36,479 bases of DNA from Catajapyx aquilonaris (lineage: Eukaryota), in contig JYFJ02004560.1 in the NCBI GenBank assembly GCA_000934665.2, positions 1 through 36,479 of the forward strand, written 5' to 3'. How positions within the stretch are numbered: position 1 is the first letter of the stretch; each line of letters starts with the position of its first letter. Under the pieces are notes generated by a model. The model had not been told where the DNA came from, did no database searches, and saw only the letters and a program-made list of their open reading frames with translations. The position numbers and the translations under genes are program-made. Shown one piece after another: positions 11,791-23,356 of the stretch.

Positions 11791-13459
11791 TCAAAATTCT
11801 TACATGATTGTGAACATATTCTCGGGCGAAAATATCATTGATTCCACCATTAGTATTAGTGCACAATTCCATAATTATATCATTGCCAAAATAATAATAT
11901 TCACTGCAGAGGGAGTGAAACAGCAGCCCTGGGGCATGATAGGTGATCTGGTCATGCCCAAACTAAAGGCAGGCCAAAGGCTAACCCTACAGGATCAGAG
12001 AGGTTGAGAATAATTGCAGCCGATGACATGAGAAGTAAAATAATAAATTTAAAAATCCCTGGAAGGAATAACGTAATGAAAGTGGCCAAGAAACTATGAC
12101 AACTGTATCAAGTCCTCCTACAATTCGTGTACTTTACTCCATAATTTCCTATGTTTAAACTGGATGTAAAATTATGTTTGGCAAACAGTTCAGCAACTGG
12201 ATTAACACGACGCGACGGGCCTATTTGCAAAAGGTGGTTAAAGACAGAACACCGAACATGGAAACACATTTTCTCCTGCATGCAAAATTTTATGCATTGT
12301 TACTCCTTTATATAGTTATGTAACATCAGTCGAGCGATTCATGCCAGTAGCCCATAGGCGGCCAAAGAAATGTGCCAAAAATATCCCCCAGGCCATCCAC
12401 AATTCGTGCATGGGGCGACTAGTTGAGAAACCCAATGAAATAAGCATGATCATATTAACGTCAAAATTGGCACGGTTCACTAACAAACCTCAGAAGACAC
12501 CTGTGAGAAGGTGAAGAACGACCTCTTATCCAAGAACAAGAAGAAGGGTCAATAAGGGATGCTGCGAAGGGACGGGCATGATCTTCAGGCAGATATTTAC
12601 AATGATGCGCTTAGCATCGCTACTGTTCGATGGCGATCTTCCTGCTCATACCAACAAGTCAAAACTTGTTGGGAAATTGAGGTTCTTAGCATCAAACGAA
12701 GTCAGACGTCGACTCTTGTCACCCATGTAGACATGACCCTGACATAAAGCAAGAACGAAGTACAAGGGAGAGTCAAAAAGTTTTCCACACTGGGTGGACT
12801 TACAAATACGGTCATCTTCGTAGTATGACTATAACCCATGTTATTTGTCAAATTGTATTCCCTATAACCTATAGAGATCCCCAAGTCCTTCATGAAGATA
12901 ATTCACTAGTTCGTGATGAGGCAACGATCTCTGGTCTCTCCCTTCGCAAACCTGAACATGCTTGGTCCAATTCTTGTCTGGCGCCAAGCAATGGAAAGGC
13001 AAGCGGAACGCCTCCCATGAATGCCATATGTTATAACCTCTGAGAAATACAAAAAATTATGTGAAGTCGAAAATGAAGACAAGCTGAAAAGGCAAAGCGC
13101 GAAGAGGCAAAGCAGTTATCAAAACCTGCTAAGGTTTCGGTAAAGTTATTCTTCGAGAGGAATGACGACAATGATGATTTACGAGGAATATGTACCCTTC
13201 ATTCTTCATTAGTTACAGCATGAATTATTATTAGACCTATTTCTCATCTTAAGTCATCGGTCACAGCCATTACATCTATATACAACATATTTTGACTACA
13301 ATGTCGCCTCTACCTCCGATTCCCAGATTTGCATGGACCTTCAAAAACATACCACGCCAGTTACTCTTTGCCGAGGTATCATTTTCTTGCACAAGTACAT
13401 GGTGGGGTAGGTATAGGAAAATACGAGTATGGGCTTATTAAAACCCCTCTAAAGCGGTT

Positions 13460-13660
13460 GTGCAATGAAGGAATCACTGTAAGAAGTGGTGAATATTGCA
13501 GAACTTGGCAGCAGCACGCTGCAGTCCAGTGAGTGTGGTGTGAAAAACGTGACTGTTGTTGCCTCCGTGAGCTTGGCTATATTGGCATGTGACACAAAAT
13601 TATACCTTCCTAATTCACCAAACTCTGGCCCGACAGACGTGGACGTCTTTCAACCCGAAC
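13460..13660 (+). mobile_element. Decayed pogo/Tigger-like (DDE_1) transposase fragment
   Basis: CNEGITV, SSECGVKNVTVVASVS (cf. S.ERG.NVTVVA..SA) and PTDVDVFQP (cf. QPLDV.VF.P). The internal region is deleted. Confidence 0.5.
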
Positions 13661-15189
13661 AATGATGAGACAATCCTTGAATAAAGTAGGGCCTACATGA
13701 AAATAACCCATGGGACAAACCGACTGACAAGCACATCATCTACAAAAGGCAATTACTTATTCAACGGGGAACGTTCCTGCATGCAACACACTCTGGTCAT
13801 GTGCACAGAACGACAGACAATTACCAGACCTGCGTGTCCTTCTTTCCATTCATGTTATGGGTCCCAGGTGGGACACTCACCCAGCCAACGAACAAGCCGT
13901 GCAGATTTTTTTGTCCATGTCACCAGTTCCAACATATCTGAAGAGAATATAGTGAGACACCTGTAGGCCTCTGAATGGGTGTCATATATGCCACCTTACG
14001 TACCTCAGGCGCAAGACGGGCATCGGTGAATGGCGAGGAGAGCAGCTTAATGACATCGACGCCTGTAAACTACAAAACAACTCACTGCTGTCGACTGACT
14101 GTCACAGGTGTCAGGACTGTCAAGCCCGTCTTTTTCAGGAGGAAACAGGCAGGGTAAAATAGCTTTAAGATGAGAGAAGTTGACCCGCAGGGATTACTTG
14201 TCCTGAGGAATTTACCGGCACTGGCTTACTTAAGGTTATCTCTGCATGTATAAGGACCTTGAGGTAGTTCAAATACAAGAGGAGTAGAATCACTTAGCTC
14301 AAAAGAGTGTTGAAAAGTTGAGGAATTTGAATCACACTGTTGAAGTTGGGTGTGTGGATTTTAACAAGAGGCACTGAGGCCGTCGGATCAATTTCAGCAG
14401 ATTGGCCCTACCAACGCTAACCAATGGCCATTCCATCACAGCAGCAAAGAATAACGATTTTCTTAAGCTTCTCAAATACGTTCCTCCGATTCATCCCAGT
14501 TCTTACAAGGAATTGAGTAAGAGCAAGAAGAACTGAAAAGAAGTACGAGTGAAGACGTCATATTAATGTACGCGGTTATAAAGTTATCTGGATTAAAAAT
14601 AAATGTGCTACAGTGAAATGGGGTCTCCATATTATATTTCTGCAAGTGATGAATCGAAGAATGGGGAAACCCACGTTTTTTTTCCCATGACTTAATTAAC
14701 ACATTTAAACATGAAAATGGCTGAATATTCCCAGAAAATACTATGATATTAAGAACTGCTTATTTGCAGGTGGAAAACAAACCTCTGATGCAATAGGGGT
14801 GGATTGGCAACTGCTGGTGGGGTTCCACATGCGCAGGATGCACCCTAAAATTTTCTATCGGGGACAAAATTACGCAGTGATGAAAAAAAGTTACAACTAC
14901 AGTTATGTTGTAAGTAATAACAGTTAATAATATTCAACAACTTCCACCATCCTTAATCTATTTGGCATCCCTTTGCGAACCAATCTCACGACAACTGACG
15001 CTGCTGCAGAGGACGATAATTACCTTCCAGGACATTTTCCCATTTTTGCAGAAAATTAGTTAGTTAACAATATTACACCCATCACTTTAGGTATGTGATG
15101 CAAAGCTCTGAATCCTCGACATTTAGTGGCAACTGCAGCAGGAGGCCTGATTGTGAATTTTTGCCTTAATACTGCAGGAATGGCAGAGT

Positions 15190-15440
15190 TTTTGGCAACG
15201 ATAAACAGGAAGCCGGTGAGAATGATAATTTACTGTATGAGGGATGAGTCTGAGGACATCTTCGCGGCGTAGGTGTTATAATGAACAAAGCATTGAGGCA
15301 GAAGCGGGCAGAGAAAATGAAGAAGGATGCGGATCTGAAGGAGAGCCTCATCGACCAAGTTTTTAAGCGACGTCCCATTAGGGACGTCCGAAACAAGCAA
15401 CAAAGCCTCTTGCAGGTCTCTAGGATGAAGTGGCCACAAA
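15190..15440 (+). mobile_element. Possible RTE-clade LINE fragment (endonuclease start fused to linker)
   Basis: ENDNLLYEG...HLRGVGVIMNK (cf. LLYSG...H.RGVG.I..K) and RRPIRDVRNKQQSLL...W (cf. I.DK.G.LL.....RW). Short motifs only. Confidence 0.35.
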
Positions 15441-15489
15441 AGTCGGAAAGTTGGGAAAGTATAGCCGGAGTATAGTGAGTTATCACCAG

Positions 15490-15640
15490 TTCCTAACAAC
15501 ATGAGCTCCGACCATATAGTGTATGTGAGCAGAGCAGTAATAATTGTCGTAAGCTTGGGTCTCAAGCAGTGAATTTTTCCATACATGATACCTGGGTTGT
15601 ATATGTTCTTGTAGGGATGTGGGCTGTTTCTCTCAAAAAT
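15490..15640 (-). mobile_element. Possible Penelope-like RT fragment
   Basis: NPGIMYGKIHCLRPKLTTIITALLTYTIWSEL resembles the PLE motif P..YGLPKIHK...PLRPI.S.I...TY.L...L with small deletions. Confidence 0.4.
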
Positions 15641-17948
15641 ATCTGAGGTGGTGTCCATGAATAAATACTGATATAATAATAATACCCCTCCGGAATGCAG
15701 TTACGAATTTCGCAACCCAACAGGGCGATATATGGCGTACGAACAGGTGGCTCTAAAATGCTAAAAATTTGGATAGCATTTCTTTTTGATCGTGCTATTT
15801 GCTTCATAAATTCAAAATAAAACTGCTGCGATCCATTTCATCGCCTTTGCTCTTAAGGTTAGCCTGAGAACCATCTCCAGCTCCTTCAATGACAAGGGGA
15901 TACGTGGTACACATTGCACCTGCTGCCGTACCAGTGGAGAAAATATGCCCCACTTGCTACAAGTAAGCCATGAATTGGCAAGCTATGTGTCCACACCCAT
16001 CCCATTGTGATGCAGCAAGTACCGCTACTTCATCTCAAAATGTCTCATCAGGAACTGCAAAAAGAGCATGACACCATAATGGTTAGTCTGACTCGGATTC
16101 CGTGGGAGATATAGTGGTGTCCACTGCTGAACTCAACAGTCTTGGCATCTCCCCAGGCATGGCGACGGTGGACGTCCAGGATGTCCCCATCGACCATGTC
16201 CATAAATAACTCGTGTTTCGTTAGTTCAAGTGTTGTCTCCAGTTTCATTAAGCTGGAGGCGGGAGTGACACGTGCCTCCTTTCATGTACCATCCAAGTAT
16301 ATGGAAGTTAAGAGAGATTATATAATGCAAATGTGGAGCTTTACGATTTTGCTGGGCAGAAATACAATATCCAAGCCTGATACTGAAAACATCTGCACAG
16401 AATTCCACCGATCATAATGCGCCATATGGCCAACGAAGAACTCCACCAAGTATGGTTGGCCACGGAGGAAATACGTAGGACATCAGCTGTGTATCCACAA
16501 CTTGCACCACTGCACATAATACTGGTTATGACGCAGATTTTTGTTGGGATGAGTCGCACAGAGGTAAGACGGTGATGCATCATCAATCACGCCTTGCAAA
16601 CAATAGCTCATCACGATAAATATACTAACATTTACCAAAAAAGTTTAGTGTCACAATGCCGTTGAACACACACAGAAAAATTCACTAACGATCCCTACAT
16701 ATTACAAGCCTGAATGGGAAAATGTTTGAATTGGTGACACAAAACTTAATAACTTGCCTAATAGTCAAAATGTATTTATCAAAATGTATGTTACCTGAAA
16801 AGGCTCCTGTCAACACTAGGGGTAACATATCCAACACTAAACCAGGAGTTCCATTTATTTACATCCTGCAAATCCATGTAATAACGAGTGGGGAAGTGGC
16901 AAAGGCTGCCTTCAGACCATGCAAAATGTAAGGAGACACAGAAAACTTGCTCACTTGACAATTACCTCGTAATATCGAAAACCTATTGAAAAATTTATGG
17001 AAAGCAGGCTGGGTCACTTGCACTATATTATTAGTGAAGGATAGGAGGAAAGCTGCAAAAGGATACCATAATCCCACCATAATGTTGCAGTAATCCAGCG
17101 CGTGCCGTGTAAATTATTAATAATAATGCAATATAATCCACATTCTGCCTTCCTGGACACTTGTCATATTCAGGTGCCTGAAAAGGACGGCACTGAAAAA
17201 TGTAAGACTGGAAGAAAACTGATATGAATAGTACTGAATACATCTGCCTTAGCCCCACTGTGTTTCGCCTGGGAGGACGGGACCTCACCGCGCTGAAGGA
17301 GGGTGAGATGAAGAAAATGAAGGTTTACCAACATCACTTCCAAAGGTGCCTCGTAGAATGAAGAAGAACCCCCAGCGCCAGCTGCAAAAATGGATCAGCA
17401 GATCAGTCCCACGCCTGGGACAGATTGGCGGATCTGCCCGACCACGAACAGACCACACCTCGTTAAGCCAGCCACCGCCTGGCAACCATAAACCAAAACC
17501 CAGCACATTCATAAAGTACATTCTATGATGATTTCCACATCACATCGTAAGCATTATTTTACAAAAATGTAATGTTACCTTTGAAGAAAAGCGTTGCATT
17601 GAACCGATTAAAACTTGGGCAATAATTGATCATGACTGCACTAAGAACGGTAATCAGATGGTCGCGATTTGATATTATGTTAAATATGCATTCAAGGAAG
17701 AAAGATGGATGTGCAAAGAGGTCCGGGAAATTTGGAGGTGTGTAACATCTCTCTAAGTACATATTGGCAATTACATATTTTTAGACGCTGACACAATTTG
17801 TAACATTCAGTTTCATCGGCCTTAAACAAAGCATCTTGTGCAAAGGTATGCCAGAATACCTACACATCCAAGATGTGGTTGACTCGTCACTCGAGTTCTC
17901 CCAAGAAAGGCAAGCCCCAGACATGCACCTACCGTAGGAAATAATTTC

Positions 17949-18960
17949 ATCGGAGTGACAGCCCCTATGGGACTGGCAGCGTTTAACATGGGCGGGGTGA
18001 CCATCCATAAGCTCCTCCAGCTTTCCATAAATCACGGATCCACAGCAGCCTGTAGGCCATTTTGAGAAGACGCGACGCAGGTGATGCGGTCCTACTTCAG
18101 GGATCTGAAGACGAGATGTCAATGGTCTCGAACCTTCTACTGACATACATCCACCTGCGACTGGGGGAGATATTTCCCAAAGACGAGGTCTGGTTTGGTG
18201 GCATCAGCATCCTCCTGCTTGGAGACTTGCTGCAGCTGATGCCAGTGAAAGGACAGCCTGCCTTCAAGCCCGTCACCAGCAAGCTACTTGCCGAAAAAGT
18301 AGGTGGATCACGCTCGCTGAACCTGTGGTGCGACCTCTTCGAGTACGAGGAGCTCCTTTCTGACGTTCGACAGAAGGGCGACACAGCTTATCAGGAGTTG
18401 CTGGGCGAAGTGCGTGTCGGGCATGTGTCGAACTCAACCATAAACTTTCTGCGGAGTAGGATATGGATCGAAGCAGCTTCAGACCCCTGCGCCGCATACA
18501 ACTGGTTGAAGAAAAGTTACTGTGGTTGTGAGAGGCAGAGGGGAACCAAGATGCTGCAAAAATTATCTGACAGTGCATCCAGACCGGCCGGGCTGGAGGC
18601 CGTCCTGGTGCTGGGGACTGTGTGCCGTATAATGTTGAGGAGAAACATGGACGTCTTGGGAGGCCTCGTCAACGGAGCCATGGGCACCGTCAGATACTTC
18701 AAGCGGAACAACCATGGGCGCATTGTGTCAGTCATTATCTCATTATCAACTCTGATAGCTGTCCTTCGGAGAAGTCCATCGAGAGGCGCAGCTTAAAATT
18801 TGAAATTGAAGCTAACATTTATGTGGAGAGGAAATGGTTCCCACTAGTACTTGCTTACACCATCACCATACACAAGTCACAAGGCCTGACCCTCGAGTCA
18901 GCAGTGGTCGATCTCAGTGAAGCGGTGTTTGCGAGTGGGATGGCTTACCTGCCACTATCA
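17949..18960 (+). mobile_element. Frameshifted PIF1-family helicase, Helitron/Helentron-type remnant
   Basis: PIF1 motifs in order: IGVTAPMGLAAFNMGGVTIHKLLQL (Ia/Ib), DEMSMVS (Walker B), FGGISILLLGDLLQLMPV (III), VRQKGD (IV), RIMLRRNMDVLGGLVNGAMGTV, FPLVLAYTITIHKSQGLTL (V), GMAYLPLS (VI). The motifs are split over several frames with no introns. Walker A and the Rep domain are not seen. Confidence 0.88.
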
Positions 18961-21900
18961 CATTCCGCCACGGAGGTCTTACTACCCTTTTTTTCACTGA
19001 AGGGAATGTTTTTGATCTTATTTTCAATACAAACAGCAGGTGTCAACAAAATTATTAAGAGAACATCAGACACCAGATACAAAATCATATTCCATCTCTC
19101 AAGCCTCCATCACGTTATACCACATTGAGCAGTATTAGAACGATACCCTTATTTTGTACATGCGCAGGGGAGCTCCTTGGATGATTACACCTCCCGACAA
19201 GTGTTGTTCACAAGGTTTATCCATGAAGTGTCTCGCCAGCAACATCAGCCACCAACAGGCGCAGCAGTAGCAACCCCTCCTGGCGGGCTCTCACAGGCAC
19301 CCAACCACCTCCCTACTCAGAATTCTTAACCAACTTTACGAACTCCATACCATCAATAACTGTTTAATAACTCCCCAAATCAAGGCCATCAAATCAAGTG
19401 GCTAAGCAGGAAATATATAAGGGCTTCACTTCACACAATTTCAGTAAATAAGCTGCTAATGTCCTCGTGGGACCAAGAGCAAGCTTCACATGTTGGAAAA
19501 AACCATGTTACGAAAAATCACCTCTTCAATAGAATGGTGTGTTAAGCTTCAGAGGAAAAAACATTGAAATACATCGTTCACACCACTTCATGACACATCA
19601 ACATTTACGACACCACAGCAGGATGACACACGTTCCAGTCATGTCTTCTTCACTGGGAACATGGAATATAGCTGTTGACAATATTGTGACCAAACATTAT
19701 CAGCTAGTGCATATTTAAATCATGCACTGCAAGACGACAAGACCCACAATAATGAACTCCTCCTGGGACCTTTCGGCGAATGGTCCGAGGATGAAAACTA
19801 CTTGAGTGATGATCACCAAGAAGTAAGTAAAGAGGTTGTCAACAACTCACCAGTACAAGAGACAAATACTAGCAACGCTACAGATCTATTACTACAATAT
19901 GATGGGCACAGTTCAAGTATACCACAGCCATACCGCAGACATACAGTTACAAGGCACTTGGTCCCGTACCAACTGCATCTCCAACGATCCAGATCCTGCT
20001 ATGAGAAGTACACAGATAAGAAATATGGATACAGCGACATGAGAAAGTAGACAGAACTGCTTCCGATGGCTGTGAGAGGCAAGAACCTGTACCAGTTTAA
20101 CGCGGCAGAGGAGGACCTGGTCATCGTGTCAGCGAAATCCATCTGAAATAGTCCTACTTCTACCATACCATTGCCACTTCAAACCAATCGCAATTGAGTC
20201 AAGTGTGAACAAATGCCAAAAGACGAACCATTCAAATCTGACCAAAACTGTCATGACCAGAGTCGATGTGTTACATTCACTGTCAACTTTACTGACAGGT
20301 TAAAAATTTATTGCACAGCACCACCTAAACCAAATGTAGCATGTTAATAGTGTGTAACGACAAGTATATTAAGATGTGGAATTACCATGTTTTAATAGCT
20401 CCGTAATTTTAGGCATAGCTGCAATTACATGGCAGGTTATACTTAAATAATAATGGGAACTTGCGTTTTGTTAACATTTATAGACCACACCCTCAATAAT
20501 CCCATGCACGAAAACATCGTAGCTTATTTAATGGCAATAAAATCCGTTCTAATTTATCATCATTTATCATGGACACTTCAAGGATTTCTAGCATACTGTA
20601 CATTGCTATTCAGATTAGTGCACCATATAAAATTGTGGCCTACTTTTGCTCCAGAACAGCTTCACCACTTGCCAACTGCGGATTTCTCCAGCTTCAAAGT
20701 TATATAAATTGTCAAGCAGCACACAAATGTTTGAACCATCTACTGAGAATCAAGGAGTGAACATGACAGACTCACGAGACAGGATCACGAAGAAGCCCCT
20801 GATTGGCCACCTATAGCATGCCCATTCTCCAACAGAGCTGTCCCTGCCTTCCATTGTTTGTAATTGTTGTTGGATAGGTTGGTGGTAAAGGTTATAGGGT
20901 TCAGGTCCAGCAAAAAAGGGAACAGTCGCGTGGGTGTGTTCCAGGCTATGGGTTTGTCACATTTACAATACTTGCTAGCAAGTAAGAGGGACATTGCTGG
21001 CAAAATCGCGAGACAACAAATCACAGTGTTACTTGAAAATTGGATTGCAACTTTGGGGCATCAGTGGGATGTAAATAAGACAAATGGTGCAACATCAGTC
21101 ACATCAGCATTAAATTCAATAACTGAGTGTCAGGAAGACCCAATGGCCAATTTGGAATGCCATGCAGTAGCTCCTAACTTGGCATTCCTTGATGTTCGAC
21201 AAACAGCTTAGGATGAATTAAATAAGCCAAAGTAGGGAGACTCATAATTCAGTATCATGTTTTACACGCATGCTGCAGAAAAAGACATTCAAATGGGTGC
21301 ATAAATTGGACTTCACCAGCATTTGACCTATTCTACCATTAGCAGCGCAGACTTGGCAGAATTAAATATGGCTGAAGAAATATCAGCTCAACAGTATTTA
21401 GGCATGCACCATTAATCTGTAGATAGCTAATTTAGGGTCATTCATGAAACACTGATCTCTTAAACCTGTGTATGTTTGTCAGATGTATAAGATTAGCTCA
21501 GGAATGCAGGGTTGTGAACCGAACCCTTGCTCCGTGAACCCGATAACATATCAATCTCAATGGCAGCCTTGTGGAGCGGTTATGGTGCCATGGAGAAAGG
21601 GATCGTGCAGTGAAGAAAGGGGCGGTTCTATCATGTGGCTTTCATGGACCATCTATTCAAGAGCTACTACTTCGATTCCATGTTTCACATGGCAGTGACA
21701 TCTCCGCCATTAGCAAAACTCATTGGAATAGAAAAAGGATGTTCATCATGGCCATCTGCTTCCAGCAGTGGAGCAGCTTCAGGTCTCGCAGCCCCCAATG
21801 GACGTATTCCTTGGTAGAAAGTATCATGCAGGTGTCCCATCTGCAACAAGAAAGTAACAGGGGTAAGGCAGGAGCTCCAATATTGTGAACACAATTCCTT

Positions 21901-22313
21901 CAACCCTTTCCCCAGCCAATCCTTATTCGAACGTGTGCATCAGCTTGGCCATAGAAGAAGTCCGAACTTGTCCTCCCTGGACCGAACCCCCTTCACACCC
22001 GTTCCAAATGGGCTCCCCACATATCCAAGGACACCCTGGGTTATACACCGGGACTCACCTGGGGGCACAGCTCGAGGCAGAACCAGGGGCGGAACTAGGA
22101 GACGTCCGCACGGGTCGGCAGCAACAGGAAGAAGAGGGAGGCAGAGGAGGACACTTGTCGCATCGCCGTGATTTCAACTGCGAAATCGCTTCAAGCATAG
22201 TCCTTATGGCCACAACTACACAATCGCCTCTAGTTTCCATATAGCGTTTAAATACGTCTACTTCCCATGCCAGTTGGATGCGCGCGCACAGACCGGATGA
22301 AGCCGAGTCTGAA

Positions 22314-22346
22314 GGCGGCCATCTTGCTACTCCCTGATCACGTGAT
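22314..22346 (-). promoter_or_regulatory. YY1/Pho-like motif plus palindromic E-box in a CpG-rich patch
   Basis: GGCGGCCATCTTG (reverse complement CAAGATGGCCGCC) at 22314-22326 and ATCACGTGAT at 22337-22346. Confidence 0.35.
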
Positions 22347-22487
22347 TGCAATCCCAGACTGTGATTAGTCGAATGGGAGTACCAAAATGATTGTTCTGAA
22401 ACTGATGCAATTACGACGAATTATGATGCTAAGTGCGACCATCAATTTCTTCTTTTTTTTACAAACTGATTTATTTACCTAGACTAC

Positions 22488-22716
22488 TACTCTGCCGTCA
22501 GATGTAAGAGGACCGTAACTCATTGTCCACTTCCCTTGCGGCGAGAAAAGAAAGCAAGTGTTACCGAAAGCATCCAAGAGGTGGCGTTGGGGAAGGGGGG
22601 GGGGTGGAAAGGAACGGCACCCCAACTCCACCTGTTGGGTGCTTTTGGGACCACTGCTTTTTTTTTCTCGCCGCAAGGGGAATTCAGTTACGGTTTTCTC
22701 ATATCTGACAGCAGTA
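22488..22716. mobile_element. Fold-back MITE with ~100-bp imperfect arms, TA-flanked
   Basis: The left arm 22488-22592 (TACTCTGCCGTCAGATG...CCGTAACT...TTCCCTTGCGGCGAGAAAA...GAGGTGGCGTTGGGG) is the reverse complement of 22620-22716, with a G-rich loop between. Confidence 0.8.
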
Positions 22717-22867
22717 CTGAGGAGTCACTGTGGCAACGTTGTTGTCAGATCAATGGACTTGCGCGAGCGTGGGTGCGCACTCGGTTGCGCTCGTAAAATG
22801 ATTCATCTCTCGTCTAGTAGGGTACCGTAGTAACTGTATGACGCGTGCCACTGGGCGAGCTGTGAAC

Positions 22868-22873
22868 TATAAA
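22868..22873 (+). promoter_or_regulatory. Candidate TATA box of the GPCR gene
   Basis: TATAAA lies about 60 bp before the first in-frame ATG (22934) in a GC-richer context. Motif match only. Confidence 0.3.
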
Positions 22874-23026
22874 TGGGCGTAGGGCCGTAGGCTACCGCAC
22901 CCTGTATTCCGCTTTCAATCAATCAATTGCGACATGTTACGGTTGGCGGCACAAGTTCAACGAATGAAGGACGATATTGCAGAATATGTGTTTTCGCTTC
23001 AAACAAACACACGTCACTCTGCAAAG

Positions 23027-23356
23027 ATGGGGTACGGTTTGTGCAGCGGGGGCTTCAAGCTGATGATGAACAAGTTCACTGGACTTGTCCACCCTCACCT
23101 GGCCCTTGTCTTGTGTACGTTTGGCTCGGTGTCCAACTTCCTCTGCATCGTGGTCCTGTCTAAGAAGAGGATGATGTCCCCTACCAGCACCATCTTGGTG
23201 GGACTGGCCGCGTCGGACATTCTGGTGCTGGTGGCCTACATGTGTTTCGCAACCATGCAGGAGATGTACGGCGACAAGGCCGAGTACGGACTGCAGGGGA
23301 CGTCCAAGTACTTCTCACTTGCCGAGTACCAAATGATCAATGCGATTTTCAACAAG
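23027..23356 (+). CDS. Myosuppressin-receptor/DMSR-like neuropeptide GPCR, coding exon 1 (N-terminus, TM1, TM2, ECL1)
   Basis: VHPHLALVLCTFGSVSNFLCIVVLSKKRMMSPTSTILVGLAASDILVLVAY matches DMSR-family TM1/TM2. The exon ends AAG|GTAATG (phase 0). The start chosen is the ATG with good context (AAGATGG); in-frame alternatives are at 22934 and 22964. Confidence 0.9.

Noticed and set aside
12560..13190. Academ-like (LFDGD...NKSKL) and pogo-tail-like (YVITSEKYK) peptides
   Set aside because: The motifs are too short to call without a search. They are probably further + strand TE debris.
20690..20900. SWIM zinc-finger-like relic on minus (FKHLCAA; YKQWKAG..LLENGH)
   Set aside because: The Cys spacing is not intact and cannot be supported by eye. 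If real, it would count against the strand bias.
1..22000. A single giant cargo-carrying transposon or endogenous virus spanning the left region
   Set aside because: No matching termini or TSD, no intact ORFs and no viral hallmark genes were seen. The fragments come from unrelated families.
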